A program made the position numbers and the translations under genes. The notes below the pieces were generated by a model, which was not told the origin of the DNA, did no database searches, and saw only the letters and a list, made by a program, of their open reading frames with translations. From Candidatus Saccharimonadota bacterium (GTDB lineage: Bacteria; Patescibacteriota; Saccharimonadia; Saccharimonadales; AWTP1-31): a stretch of 64,000 bases of DNA. Location of the stretch: positions 41,273-105,272 of the forward strand of contig JBPOHZ010000016.1 of assembly GCA_052034955.1 (NCBI GenBank), read 5' to 3'. The stretch's first letter is position 1; every line of letters begins with the position of its first letter. Positions 1-9,899 of this stretch are shown piece after piece.

Positions 1-923
1 GGGGATATGCCGCCCAAAGCCAATACGGCAGTCATTAGGGTCTCGTAAACCCCAATACCACTTGGTAGCACAGATAAGAATCCGGCCAAGTTAGCTATAG
101 CATAGGCTAAGATAATTGCTCCCGGATTGACTAGGTGACCAAAAGCCAGATATACCGTATAGACAGTTAGAATCTCGGTTAGGTTTGCGACCAACGACCA
201 AACAAGTGGCCATTTTAATGCTGAGTAATCTTTCCTGATTACTTGATAATTATCGTGTAAATCCTGGAAGGCATGTTTGGCTCGCTCGGTATTTATGGTC
301 TCTGGGTGCTTTGGGCGAACCACGTGAATTAATTTGTTGATACCCTTTGTTATAAAACCAAAGAAGGCATTTATTCTTCGCTGACTACCGATAACATATG
401 CCAAAACAATGGTCCCGACTACTATTAAAGTAGATATTGAACCACCTGCTAGCAAAACAAATCTATTAACATTGCCGCTAAAGGTCAGCAGAATTAGAGC
501 CAAAATCAATAGAACTAGGAATGCAGCATAAACTAAAACAAATCTTAGCAGCTGCACGAGTGAGGCCCTGGCACCGCTAACCCCCTTCTCTTTCATCCTT
601 AAACTAAAATACGAAAATCCAGATACTCCACCACTAGGGAAAACGTGATTTACAAAATTTAGTTCCAAATTCACTCTGTACAAGAATTTATGACTAATCT
701 TGCTACCCAGGATTGCAAAAAGATCTCTATTTTGCCGAGCATAGGCATCGTAATTCAGTATTTGCCATACTGGAATCAGCAGTAACCACCACCACCTTAT
801 ATGCCCTACTGTACGAAAACTCTCAGTGATCTGATTACGGATTGCGAAAATCAGAATAAGTAAAGCTACGAAGGTGACAATATTGAGAATAATCTTCCAG
901 CGCGCTTTTTGTGAATGACTCAT
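1..923 (-). CDS. Multi-pass membrane protein, UPF0104 / lysyl-phosphatidylglycerol-synthase-TM-like (flippase-like) family; 3' end runs off the window
   Basis: Not in the supplied track. I checked every minus-frame codon from the ATG (complement of 921-923) down to base 3 and found no stop. Translation MSHSQKARWKIILNIVTFVALLILIFAIRNQ... is multi-TM and contains NHVFPSGGVSGFSYF. Family call is from memory. Confidence 0.5.
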   Translation of the reverse strand, partial: MSHSQKARWKIILNIVTFVALLILIFAIRNQITESFRTVGHIRWWWLLLIPVWQILNYDAYARQNRDLFAILGSKISHKFLYRVNLELNFVNHVFPSGGVSGFSYFSLRMKEKGVSGARASLVQLLRFVLVYAAFLVLLILALILLTFSGNVNRFVLLAGGSISTLIVVGTIVLAYVIGSQRRINAFFGFITKGINKLIHVVRPKHPETINTERAKHAFQDLHDNYQVIRKDYSALKWPLVWSLVANLTEILTVYTVYLAFGHLVNPGAIILAYAIANLAGFLSVLPSGIGVYETLMTAVLALGGIS

Positions 924-983
924 ATTACTCCTTATTATACCCGACCACCCTGTATATTTGTTATATCTTGGTATACTACCCCC

Positions 984-2165
984 ATGGATTCATCTTTACA
1001 GTCAATTTTTATACTAGGACGACAGCCAGCACTGGCTCTTGCCGAGCTAGAAAGTCTATTTGGAGCAGATAATATTAAACCCGCAGGAATTCATGCTGCA
1101 ATTGTAAACGCCAACCCATCCACTGTTAATTTCGATCGTATTGGTGGAAGTATCAAATTTGCCAAATTACTAACCGAACTACCAACCACCGAGTGGAACA
1201 AACTCACTAAATACATCGAGAAAACAATTCCCGAACATCTAGAGTACTTACCAGAAGGAAAACTTAAATTTGGAATTAGTACATACGGTCTAAATGTTGA
1301 TGCCGGAACCATCAACCGAAGCGGACTATGGATCAAGAAAGCCATCAAGAAAGCCGGCCGATCAGTTCGAATAGTACCTAATAACGAGCCAGCGTTAGGT
1401 AGTGCCCAAGTCATTCACAATCAAATGACAGGACCGCTGGGCATGGAACTTCTATTAATTAGAGATGGGGATAAAACCATCTTGGCTCAAACTATTGCTG
1501 AGCAAGACATCGAAGCTTATGCCGCTCGAGACCAGGGTCGACCAAAACGTGATGCACGAGTCGGAATGTTACCTCCTAAACTTGCCCAAATTATAATTAA
1601 TCTAGCTAATCCAAAGCCCGGTACCACAGTCCTAGACCCATTTTGTGGAACCGGTGTGATACTTCAAGAAGCCGTACTAATGGAGCTTGGGGCCTACGGA
1701 TCCGACCTAGAGCCAAGAATGATCGATTATACAAACGATAACCTAAATTGGCTTAAAGATAAGACTAATAAGCCGGTTAATGGAGCTACCGAAGTTGGCG
1801 ATGCCACTAGCTTAATTTGGAAAGAAACCGACTTTCAGTCAATTGCCTGCGAAACCTACCTTGGACGACCTTTCTCTTCCCAGCCCGATGCGTCGGTTCT
1901 ACAAGAAGTGATGCAAGACACCAATATGATTCATAAAAGATTCCTACAGAATGTAGTACGCCAGACCGAACCAGGTTTCCGAATGTGCATAGCCGTTCCG
2001 GCCTGGAAAGTTAATGACGGCTTTAAACACCTTAAAGTTCTTGATAACCTCGAGGATATGGGGTATAATCGTATAGAATTTGTTCACGCATCACGGGAGG
2101 ATTTAATTTACCACCGCGAAGGCCAAATAGTTGGCCGTGAACTAGTAGTGTTAATAAGGAAGTAA
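984..2165 (+). CDS. Class I SAM-dependent methyltransferase (putative RNA methyltransferase)
   Basis: Track ORF 915..2165 trimmed to ATG 984 (MDSSLQSIFILGRQ...), because the 915 start overlaps the divergent gene start at 923. SAM-binding motif VLDPFCGTGVILQEA. One base separates its stop from rpmA. Confidence 0.6.
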   Translation: MDSSLQSIFILGRQPALALAELESLFGADNIKPAGIHAAIVNANPSTVNFDRIGGSIKFAKLLTELPTTEWNKLTKYIEKTIPEHLEYLPEGKLKFGISTYGLNVDAGTINRSGLWIKKAIKKAGRSVRIVPNNEPALGSAQVIHNQMTGPLGMELLLIRDGDKTILAQTIAEQDIEAYAARDQGRPKRDARVGMLPPKLAQIIINLANPKPGTTVLDPFCGTGVILQEAVLMELGAYGSDLEPRMIDYTNDNLNWLKDKTNKPVNGATEVGDATSLIWKETDFQSIACETYLGRPFSSQPDASVLQEVMQDTNMIHKRFLQNVVRQTEPGFRMCIAVPAWKVNDGFKHLKVLDNLEDMGYNRIEFVHASREDLIYHREGQIVGRELVVLIRK

Positions 2166-2166
2166 T

Positions 2167-2439
2167 ATGTCACATGTCAAAGCTGGCGGTACCAGTAAAA
2201 ACAACCGAGATTCCCAAGGTCAACGTCTAGGCGTTAAACTATTTGGTGGCGAAAAAGTATCAGTTGGTCAAATTATTGTTCGTCAAGTTGGCCTGACTAA
2301 GCGAGCTGGTGTTGGTACCAAGCTTAGCCGTAACTTTACTATCCACGCTGCTAAAGACGGTGTAGTTGCCTTCAAATCACGGAAAGTTCGTCTTTTCTCT
2401 GGCAAATCAGTCCGCCGCACCGAAGTTACCGTCGAGTAG
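2167..2439 (+). CDS. rpmA: 50S ribosomal protein L27
   Basis: MSHVKAGGTSKNNRDSQGQRLGVKLFGGE... is the canonical L27 N-terminus; 90 aa. Confidence 0.95.
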   Translation: MSHVKAGGTSKNNRDSQGQRLGVKLFGGEKVSVGQIIVRQVGLTKRAGVGTKLSRNFTIHAAKDGVVAFKSRKVRLFSGKSVRRTEVTVE

Positions 2440-2458
2440 ACATCATATCCAAATAAAA

Positions 2459-2490
2459 ATAAGAGCTTAATCAAAAGCTCTTATTTTTTT
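2459..2490. terminator. Bidirectional rho-independent terminator (rpmA / convergent 363-aa gene)
   Basis: ATAAGAGCTT-aatcaa-AAGCTCTTAT 10-bp stem, followed by TTTTTT on the + strand and preceded by an A-run that gives a U-run on the - strand. Confidence 0.8.
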
Positions 2491-2499
2491 ACTAATTAT

Positions 2500-3591
2500 T
2501 TACTGCTGCGGAGGAACATCAACCCTAAACGATTGAACCGGTCCGCCAGGCCCCATAACGGCACCGCCACCTTGTCGCTGTGCATCGAGGACTGTAAAGT
2601 TCTTTGTTACCTGAGCCCCGTTATATCCCCCATCGTAGCCTTGTTCCCCACTTAATGGTGCACCCGAGCCCATTGTATCAGCTTGGCTTTCTAAAACTGT
2701 GCGCCGTAGATTATCTCCACCTCCAGTTGTCAATTCTTGGGGAGCTGCAGGAAGCTGATTTGATTCATCAAAAATATGTTCAGTACTAGGACCATTCTCT
2801 GGTATAACTAACATGTCCATAAATATCATATTTTGTCGTCCTTGTTCTTCTGGACTGTTAAAGCCTCTGGACATAATTCTAACGAATGTATTTGTAGGTG
2901 CTCCGGTATTAGGATCATTTACTCTTGCAATAACGCCTTTCACTAACCCTTTATTGTCTGGAGTAGCCTCACCTGAATCAGTCATTATTGCGTATTTATC
3001 TATCCCACGCAATGAGCTCATAAATCCGTCTTCTTTTGACCTGGCTTGATCGGGAGTATCAGCAAATAATGGAAAAAGCTCCTCGATAGTACCGAGCTCC
3101 CCTGAATCTCGTAGCATAGTAGCCCTCTCCATCAATGAAGACAACGAAGCTTTCTCTAAACCAGTCTGTCTACCAATTACTGAAGCTAGAAGTTGGTTGG
3201 CCCCATTTGCGGAGTTATACTTTAAAGAAGAAAAATTTGAGCTACCATCTGCTGCGCTTGTACCCGTAAAGAGCCTTATTGTCCCGAGACCGCCCTCAGC
3301 AACGGCTTCAGCCGCAGCTTGCACTTCGTTAGCTACATCTTGGCCTTTTGTGAAATCTTGATATTCAACAACTGTACTACTACCGCCAAACACCGGTAGT
3401 TCATCAGGTCGAGCGTCACGAATGCGTGCAGCTGGTTCAGAAAAATAAGTGTTGAGGTCATTCATACCAGAGTCTGTTTCTGCTATGTTAACTAATTCCG
3501 GCGCCAAGGCAACAGCAGCCGCGTCACCAGGAGGCAATAATTCTGTAAGCGGAATATTGCCAACCGCGCCTGTTGTTGCTAGTTCTCCCAT
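2500..3591 (-). CDS. Hypothetical protein (363 aa), no recognisable family
   Basis: Long uninterrupted ORF 24 bp downstream of the REC-only response regulator. No TM segment or signal peptide visible. Gly/Ala/Ser-rich termini. Confidence 0.5.
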   Translation of the reverse strand: MGELATTGAVGNIPLTELLPPGDAAAVALAPELVNIAETDSGMNDLNTYFSEPAARIRDARPDELPVFGGSSTVVEYQDFTKGQDVANEVQAAAEAVAEGGLGTIRLFTGTSAADGSSNFSSLKYNSANGANQLLASVIGRQTGLEKASLSSLMERATMLRDSGELGTIEELFPLFADTPDQARSKEDGFMSSLRGIDKYAIMTDSGEATPDNKGLVKGVIARVNDPNTGAPTNTFVRIMSRGFNSPEEQGRQNMIFMDMLVIPENGPSTEHIFDESNQLPAAPQELTTGGGDNLRRTVLESQADTMGSGAPLSGEQGYDGGYNGAQVTKNFTVLDAQRQGGGAVMGPGGPVQSFRVDVPPQQ

Positions 3592-3615
3592 AATATATAT
3601 TCCTATTCTAATTTA

Positions 3616-4020
3616 TTATGCAGCTAAATGGTGCTTGATGCGCTCAACAACATCGGCTATAACAACCTGAGATTTAACTAGGTAGTCGTCAGCTCCGAGT
3701 GACTTGGCCCGCTCTTTGTCACTATCTTGGCTTAGTGCAGTTAGCATGACAACCTTCACCTTAGCGGTCTCTGGAGTATTTCTAAGGATATCAAGTACAT
3801 CAAATCCGCTAACTTTAGGCATCATAACGTCTAGAACGATTAGGTCTGGCTTGTATTCTAGAGCCCCAGCTAACGCATCTTCACCATTTGGTACACGCTT
3901 TACATCAAAGCCTTCTGCTTGCAGTCGAGTCTGATAAACACTGGCGAGTGCATCGTCATCTTCTACTAATAGAATCTTTGACTGCTTTGTTGGGTTGGGG
4001 TTGTTTGTTGGTTCATCCAT
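3616..4020 (-). CDS. Single-domain response regulator (CheY-like receiver, no output domain)
   Basis: KILLVEDDDA (acidic pocket), DLIVLDVMMP (phospho-Asp), MLTALS (Thr/Ser), DYLVKS (Lys). Confidence 0.85.
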   Translation of the reverse strand: MDEPTNNPNPTKQSKILLVEDDDALASVYQTRLQAEGFDVKRVPNGEDALAGALEYKPDLIVLDVMMPKVSGFDVLDILRNTPETAKVKVVMLTALSQDSDKERAKSLGADDYLVKSQVVIADVVERIKHHLAA

Positions 4021-4058
4021 AATGCTAATGGTAATATATTATACTTATCCTGGCAACC

Positions 4059-5657
4059 TTAGTTAACTAAACTTGCAACAAAGCCTACAAACATTGGGTG
4101 CGGAACATTAGGACGGGACAAAAACTCTGGGTGGAACTGACTTGCTACAAAGAATGGATGATCAACCCCTTCTATAACCTCAACTAACTGCTTGCTCGGC
4201 GAAAGACCAACTGCCTTAATTCCCCAGGATTCATATCTACTAACGTAGGCATTGTTAGCTTCGTAACGATGTCGGTGCCTCTCGGTTATCTTGTCGGTTT
4301 TGTATAGTTTCTGGACTTTGCTTCCTTTTTTGAGAACGCAGGGATAATCACCGAGCCTCATCGTTCCGCCAGTATTCTCTTTCCCTGTTTGATCTTCCAT
4401 GGTGTGAATTACGAGATCATTGGCACCGGGGTTAAATTCCGCAGAGTTAGCATCACTTAGACCAGCGTTACGTGCTGCCGCGATGATTCCTACCTGCAGC
4501 CCGAGACATAGCCCGAGATATGGTACTTTATTGGTTAATGCATGCTGAGCAGCAAGAATCTTGCCCTCTACTCCGCGTGAACCAAAACCACCAGGAACCA
4601 CAATTCCATCTAGACCTTTCAGGTGCTTAGCTACATCTTTGTCCTCGCCTAGCTTCTCTGCATGCACCCACTTTATATCTATACCGACCCCCTTTGACCA
4701 GGCAGCCGCTTTAAGCGCCTCAAATACCGACATATAGGTATCTTGGTTGTCCATATACTTTGCCACCACGCCTACTTTGACCGTCTTCTTTGGTGTCGCA
4801 AGTATAGAATCTACCATCTTCTGCCATCCTGATAGATTTGGCTTCTTAGCCTCAAGATTAAGTTTTTTAACAACATAATCACCTATGCCTTGTGCCTCTA
4901 GGGTTAGTGGAACTTCATATACAGTCCGAGCATTAGGCAGTATAGCTATCCCAGCCTCTGGTACTCCACAAAAAGCACTTAGCTTGGTCTTAGTATTGCC
5001 GTTGGTTGGAACCTCACTCCGGGCAACTAAAACATTGGGGATGATACCCATCGAACGAAGTTCTCGGGTAGCATTCTGAGCTGGCTTGGTCTTAATCTCT
5101 TTGCTGGTTGAAAGATATGGCAGATAAACAACTTGTACGTATAAGCAGTTCTCGTAGCCAACTATCGAACCAAGCTCTCTGATTGCCTCGAAGAAAGCCG
5201 GGCTTTCGTAATCTCCTACCGTACCGCCAATTTCCACTATGTGAACGTCGAATCCCCGACCGGCCGTGACGACTGCCTGCATAATGGCGTTTGTGAAGTG
5301 TGGAACTAGCTGAACTGTCTGCCCCAGAAATTTGCCTGCTCGTTCGTCCTGTATCAAATCTCTTAGAATACGTCCACTCATAATAGAGCTTGTCCGGGTA
5401 AGTTGTGTGTTCAAAAATCGCTCGTAGTGACCGAGGTCAAGGTCTGTCTCGGCGCCATCTTTGGTAACAAAACACTCGCCGTGTTCCGCAGGATTGAGCG
5501 TTCCTGCGTCAACATTAAGATAGGGGTCGAGCTTCTGCATATTAACGGATAATCCGCGACTCTTGAGTATGTTGCCTAGAGAGGCTCCAGTTATGCCCTT
5601 CCCTAGACCCGAAAGAACTCCACCAGTAACAAATACATACTTAACTGTCTTTGCCAA
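4059..5657 (-). CDS. pyrG: CTP synthase
   Basis: N-terminal synthetase VTGGVLSGLGKG and C-terminal glutamine amidotransferase GLCLGLQ; 532 aa. Confidence 0.97.
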   Translation of the reverse strand: MAKTVKYVFVTGGVLSGLGKGITGASLGNILKSRGLSVNMQKLDPYLNVDAGTLNPAEHGECFVTKDGAETDLDLGHYERFLNTQLTRTSSIMSGRILRDLIQDERAGKFLGQTVQLVPHFTNAIMQAVVTAGRGFDVHIVEIGGTVGDYESPAFFEAIRELGSIVGYENCLYVQVVYLPYLSTSKEIKTKPAQNATRELRSMGIIPNVLVARSEVPTNGNTKTKLSAFCGVPEAGIAILPNARTVYEVPLTLEAQGIGDYVVKKLNLEAKKPNLSGWQKMVDSILATPKKTVKVGVVAKYMDNQDTYMSVFEALKAAAWSKGVGIDIKWVHAEKLGEDKDVAKHLKGLDGIVVPGGFGSRGVEGKILAAQHALTNKVPYLGLCLGLQVGIIAAARNAGLSDANSAEFNPGANDLVIHTMEDQTGKENTGGTMRLGDYPCVLKKGSKVQKLYKTDKITERHRHRYEANNAYVSRYESWGIKAVGLSPSKQLVEVIEGVDHPFFVASQFHPEFLSRPNVPHPMFVGFVASLVN

Positions 5658-5725
5658 AGCTATTCCCCTCGTTAATATATTGATACTATCAAAGGACCGG
5701 CATAATCTAAAGCATTTTGCTAAGA

Positions 5726-6922
5726 CTACAACGTTTTTAGCTTTGAAATAGCCGCTTCAAGCTGAGGATCTTTGCTTGCCTTGTAATCGGCCTCAGTTAG
5801 CTCAACCGCCTGATCTGGCTTGATTCCTTCTTTGTCAATATTCCGGCCATTTGGCGTAAACCATCTGGCTATGGTGACCTTTAGGAGTCCGCCATCGATC
5901 AACTCCTGTGGCTGCTGGACACTACCCTTACCGAAGCTCTTGGTTCCAAGTAGGGTGGCAGCCTTATTATCGCTTAGTGCCCCTGCCACGATCTCACTTG
6001 CACTAGCACTGCCTTCGTTAATCAATACAACCGTCGGCATCCCTAACAAGGTCGGGGTGCCCCTTGATTGATATGTCTTTACCACCACACCATCTCGTCT
6101 CTCGTCCACGACCTTACGATTATTTAGCCAAACACTCGATACACCAACAGCGGCATCTAGGTACCCACCTGGGTTACCTCTTAGGTCGAGGATTACTCCT
6201 TTAACTCCGGCATCCTTGAATTCATTTGCAGCTTTGCGGACCAATGCGGTTGTGTCATCCGAAAACCTAGAAACGGTTATGGAACCGATATTTCCGGGCA
6301 ATATCTTGTGCTCAACACTTGCAACATTAATTGTGTCCCTTGTAATTGTGAACTTCAGCTTATCACTACCCCTAATGATAGTTAGGTCAACCTTTGTACC
6401 GGCAGCACCCCTAATCTTGGACTTTGCGGCATCAACACTCATACCCAGGGCGTCTTTCCCATCTATTTCGGCAATTATATCTTTTGGCTTCAAGCCTGCC
6501 TTTTGAGCAGGAGTGTCGGCTAGTGGTGCCACGACAATGACGGCGTCTTTGTCCTTACCCAGTTCTGCCCCAATTCCTTCAAAGGTGCCACTTAGTTGCT
6601 CCTCAAATTCCTTAGCCTCAGAGGCCGACATATATTCGGTGTATGGATCACCGCTAGCGGCAACCAACCCCTGCTTAAGGCCATCCATTAGCTTATTTAC
6701 ATCTAATTTGCCATCGTAATTAGCTTTGAGCTGATCATAAACACTCTCTACGCTAGAATAATCTAAATTAGCTGGGAGACTCTTATTCTGGCCCTGGTGA
6801 GGTTTAAATAATGCAAAGTTCCCGTTGCCTGTCTGAACACCCGCCCCAAAGATTAACAAAGACAACAATACTGCTGCGATCATCTTATTTAATGGCAACA
6901 CCTTAGTATGATCTTTTGACAA
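5726..6922 (-). CDS. S41 family C-terminal processing peptidase (Ctp/Prc-like) with PDZ domain
   Basis: N-terminal TM segment; LDLRGNPGGYL, GSASASEI and FGKGSVQ motifs typical of S41. Confidence 0.9.
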   Translation of the reverse strand: MSKDHTKVLPLNKMIAAVLLSLLIFGAGVQTGNGNFALFKPHQGQNKSLPANLDYSSVESVYDQLKANYDGKLDVNKLMDGLKQGLVAASGDPYTEYMSASEAKEFEEQLSGTFEGIGAELGKDKDAVIVVAPLADTPAQKAGLKPKDIIAEIDGKDALGMSVDAAKSKIRGAAGTKVDLTIIRGSDKLKFTITRDTINVASVEHKILPGNIGSITVSRFSDDTTALVRKAANEFKDAGVKGVILDLRGNPGGYLDAAVGVSSVWLNNRKVVDERRDGVVVKTYQSRGTPTLLGMPTVVLINEGSASASEIVAGALSDNKAATLLGTKSFGKGSVQQPQELIDGGLLKVTIARWFTPNGRNIDKEGIKPDQAVELTEADYKASKDPQLEAAISKLKTL

Positions 6923-6978
6923 ACTACCCTCCGCTTTTGTTTATCTACCTATTGTACAGCAAGCCTAAAATATGTGGC

Positions 6979-8181
6979 TTAAAAGTGGATGAATCGCATA
7001 CCCAAGTTTTGGTATCTAGATTTTTCCATCTTATATTTACGGTAGGCACCATCGCCACCGAGATTGTAGTCACTTACAAGTATTGATCCATCGGCACCTA
7101 CGCCCTCTACAAATCGAACATGTCCGTATGTACCGTTGGTTACACCAACTACTACCCCACCGCTCGGGTTTCTATCTACTCTTGCCGAGGTTCGGTCTGG
7201 CCAATATTTGGCATGTCCAAGTCCGCTTAGGCCTGCCGGCGTGTATCCTTTTACCTTGGAGACCCTATATGCGGCCCAGCTAGTACAGTTACGGTAGCCA
7301 TAAGACCATTCATCCCATAGCCTTCTATAGGCACTTGCCTTTGGATATCCCCAGTCATATTGTCTACATGGTGGATCCGCCCAACCTGGCCATAAACAAA
7401 CTGCATTACCATATTTGTAGCCACCGCCACCGGCCATACCACTTGGAATACTTCCCCCAAGTGATGCAAGGTTCTCGTTGACTTGTTTTTGATTTAGCTC
7501 TGCAACCCGCTTACTGTTCTGCTTGATCTTTGCATTAAGGGCATTCTGCTGTTCTTCGTTTAAGCCCAACAATTCGTTTTGCTCAGCTTTTTGGGCCGCA
7601 ATCTGATTTTGAGCTTTCTCCTTATCTGCCAGGTAACGACCGACTTCTTCCTTCTGTGCTCGGAGCTTGAACTTCAAGGCTGTTATTTCTTCAAGTGTAG
7701 TCTTGATCTTGTCCTGAACAGAACTTCTATATTGCTGTTTATCTACAAAATCACTTAGGTCTTTACTAGAAGCTAACATTTCCAATGTGCTGATCTCACC
7801 TTCGAGATAAGATGCCTTTATGTTTTCGCCGAGTATCTCTTTTTGCCTATCTAGCTCTGCCTGGGCCTCGTTGATTTCCCCTTGAATGGCCTGCATTCTT
7901 TCTTCTGCGTCCTTAATCTGTACTTCTAATGCACCGATCTTAGCTTGAAGTCTATCGACTTTCTCCTCAATAGATGAAGCCTCTTCGCTTAGATCATCTT
8001 TTTCGGCTTCCTGTTTTTTGATACGAGCTTCAAGCTTTGCTTTTTCGGCTAATTCGGCGCTACTTAGTGCCTGTACTATCGGTACCCCGACCAAAGCAAA
8101 AGAAGCAACAACTGCCAGCACAAGAATTGCTGATTTAGTGCCAAGTTTAGAGATAATTTTAGTATTTTTTATTTTAAACAT
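6979..8181 (-). CDS. Secreted coiled-coil + CHAP-domain peptidoglycan hydrolase (PcsB-like)
   Basis: N-terminal signal/TM segment, then about 230 aa of Glu/Lys/Gln-rich heptad-like sequence. C-terminal Cys/His pair NCTSWAAYRV ... YGHVRFVEGV. Lies directly downstream of ftsEX. Confidence 0.8.
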   Translation of the reverse strand: MFKIKNTKIISKLGTKSAILVLAVVASFALVGVPIVQALSSAELAEKAKLEARIKKQEAEKDDLSEEASSIEEKVDRLQAKIGALEVQIKDAEERMQAIQGEINEAQAELDRQKEILGENIKASYLEGEISTLEMLASSKDLSDFVDKQQYRSSVQDKIKTTLEEITALKFKLRAQKEEVGRYLADKEKAQNQIAAQKAEQNELLGLNEEQQNALNAKIKQNSKRVAELNQKQVNENLASLGGSIPSGMAGGGGYKYGNAVCLWPGWADPPCRQYDWGYPKASAYRRLWDEWSYGYRNCTSWAAYRVSKVKGYTPAGLSGLGHAKYWPDRTSARVDRNPSGGVVVGVTNGTYGHVRFVEGVGADGSILVSDYNLGGDGAYRKYKMEKSRYQNLGMRFIHF

Positions 8182-8214
8182 TTGTACCTAAATTATACCA
8201 CATAATGCAAATGC

Positions 8215-9165
8215 TTATTTACTGGTCTTAAATTTCAAGTAGCGTCTAGTAGCAATAAGAGAAGATATTGCCCCGATAAGGACGCCAATTCCTAGCTGAA
8301 GACCCATAAATTTCCAGTAGTGATCACTGAAGTATTTATTTGAGAAGTCGATATCTAGTAAACCTAAGCTGCTTGCCTCAAAGGCTCTAGAAGAAATACT
8401 AAACAAGGTATGAATAATAAATAGCGAAGCTAGGCCGGATACGACGCCATACAGCATACTTTCTACAATAAATGGACCTCTAATAAAGTTGGTGCTTGCA
8501 CCAAGAAGTCTCATAATTGTTAGCTCGTCACGCCTGTTGAATATCGCCATTTGGATGGTGTTAAAGATAATAAGCATTGAAATAAAGGCAAATGTTATCA
8601 CGCCCACTACCCCAGCTTTTCTGAAGAAGCTTGTAGCGCTTGCGATCTTGTCTATTGCCTGTTTACGATCTCCGGAGTAAGATGTTTTATCTGACTGCAG
8701 GTCTTTAATGTCGTCCTTTTCTAGGAACTGCTTAATCGTCTCTATCTTATTTGGGTCTACTGGCTTAATTTGTAAGCTTTGAGGCAATGGGTTGTCAGTC
8801 TGGGTCACTGCCTCTAGTAAGTCCGGATTATCTCTGTTCTGCTCTTTGTAAAGTTCTAGAGCCTGCTCTTTAGTGACAAATGTAATTTCTTTAACATTTT
8901 CTAACTGCTTGATCCTAGTTACTAAATCATCACGTTGCTTTGTAGTTATACTGTCTTTTAAATAGACCGAGATATCGATCTTATCGGTAATCGACTCCAC
9001 GGTGTTAGAAAATGTGGCATTAGCAATAATAGAAAATAGAATTATTGTTAACGTAATAACCATTACGGCAATTGCGGCCATACCTAGCCAAGCATTACGT
9101 ACAAAGTTTAGGGCTCCGGTTTTAAAGATCCGTCGCCCCATGATCATACTCCGACGTACGTTCAT
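8215..9165 (-). CDS. ftsX: Cell division permease-like protein FtsX
   Basis: TM1, large extracytoplasmic loop, then 3 C-terminal TM segments. ATGA overlap with the ftsE stop. Confidence 0.85.
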   Translation of the reverse strand: MNVRRSMIMGRRIFKTGALNFVRNAWLGMAAIAVMVITLTIILFSIIANATFSNTVESITDKIDISVYLKDSITTKQRDDLVTRIKQLENVKEITFVTKEQALELYKEQNRDNPDLLEAVTQTDNPLPQSLQIKPVDPNKIETIKQFLEKDDIKDLQSDKTSYSGDRKQAIDKIASATSFFRKAGVVGVITFAFISMLIIFNTIQMAIFNRRDELTIMRLLGASTNFIRGPFIVESMLYGVVSGLASLFIIHTLFSISSRAFEASSLGLLDIDFSNKYFSDHYWKFMGLQLGIGVLIGAISSLIATRRYLKFKTSK

Positions 9166-9842
9166 GAACGATACTCCGCGTTAGCTCGGTCGCTTGTGAT
9201 TGCCCCATCCTGAATAGTAATGACGCGTCGCTTAAGCTTGTTAACTATCTCTTGGTTATGCGTAGTTAGAATTACAGTCGTACCAAAACGGTTAATCTTC
9301 TCTAACACCTTAATTACGTCCCAAGCATGTTTAGGGTCAAGATTACCAGTTGGCTCATCGGCAATTAGTATCCTTGGCTGTCTAACAATTGCCCTAGCAA
9401 TCGCAACACGCTGTCGCTCTCCACCAGAAAGCTCTCTAGGATATCTCTTTTCTTTGCCCTTAAGTCCAACGATGTCTAGGACTCGGGGTACTGTATGGTT
9501 TATCTCTTTATTACCCATCCCGACTATCTCTAGCGCAAACGCAACATTTTCGAAGACAGTTTTATTTGGCAGTAACTTAAAGTCCTGAAATACCACGCCA
9601 ATCTTGCGGCGAAGAAGTGGTATTTCGCGATCTTTTAAGGTTTCGTAATCTATTCCACCAACAATAATCTTGCCACTAGTTGGTTTCTCTTCCCTGGTAA
9701 GTAACTTAAGCAGCGTGGATTTGCCGGCACCACTTGGTCCGACAACAATAACAAATTCCTTTGGCTCAACATGAAGGCTAATCCGCTCCAATGCCGGTCC
9801 GTTACGACTGTACTTTTTTGTTACCCTATCCAGAAGAATCAT
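9162..9842 (-). CDS. ftsE: Cell division ATP-binding protein FtsE
   Basis: Walker A GPSGAGKST, signature LSGGERQR, Walker B ILIADEPT. Confidence 0.9.
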   Translation of the reverse strand: MILLDRVTKKYSRNGPALERISLHVEPKEFVIVVGPSGAGKSTLLKLLTREEKPTSGKIIVGGIDYETLKDREIPLLRRKIGVVFQDFKLLPNKTVFENVAFALEIVGMGNKEINHTVPRVLDIVGLKGKEKRYPRELSGGERQRVAIARAIVRQPRILIADEPTGNLDPKHAWDVIKVLEKINRFGTTVILTTHNQEIVNKLKRRVITIQDGAITSDRANAEYRS

Positions 9843-9899
9843 GTTTACTTATTATACCAAACCAAAAGCATTATTGCTGAGTTTGGGCACAACGAAATA

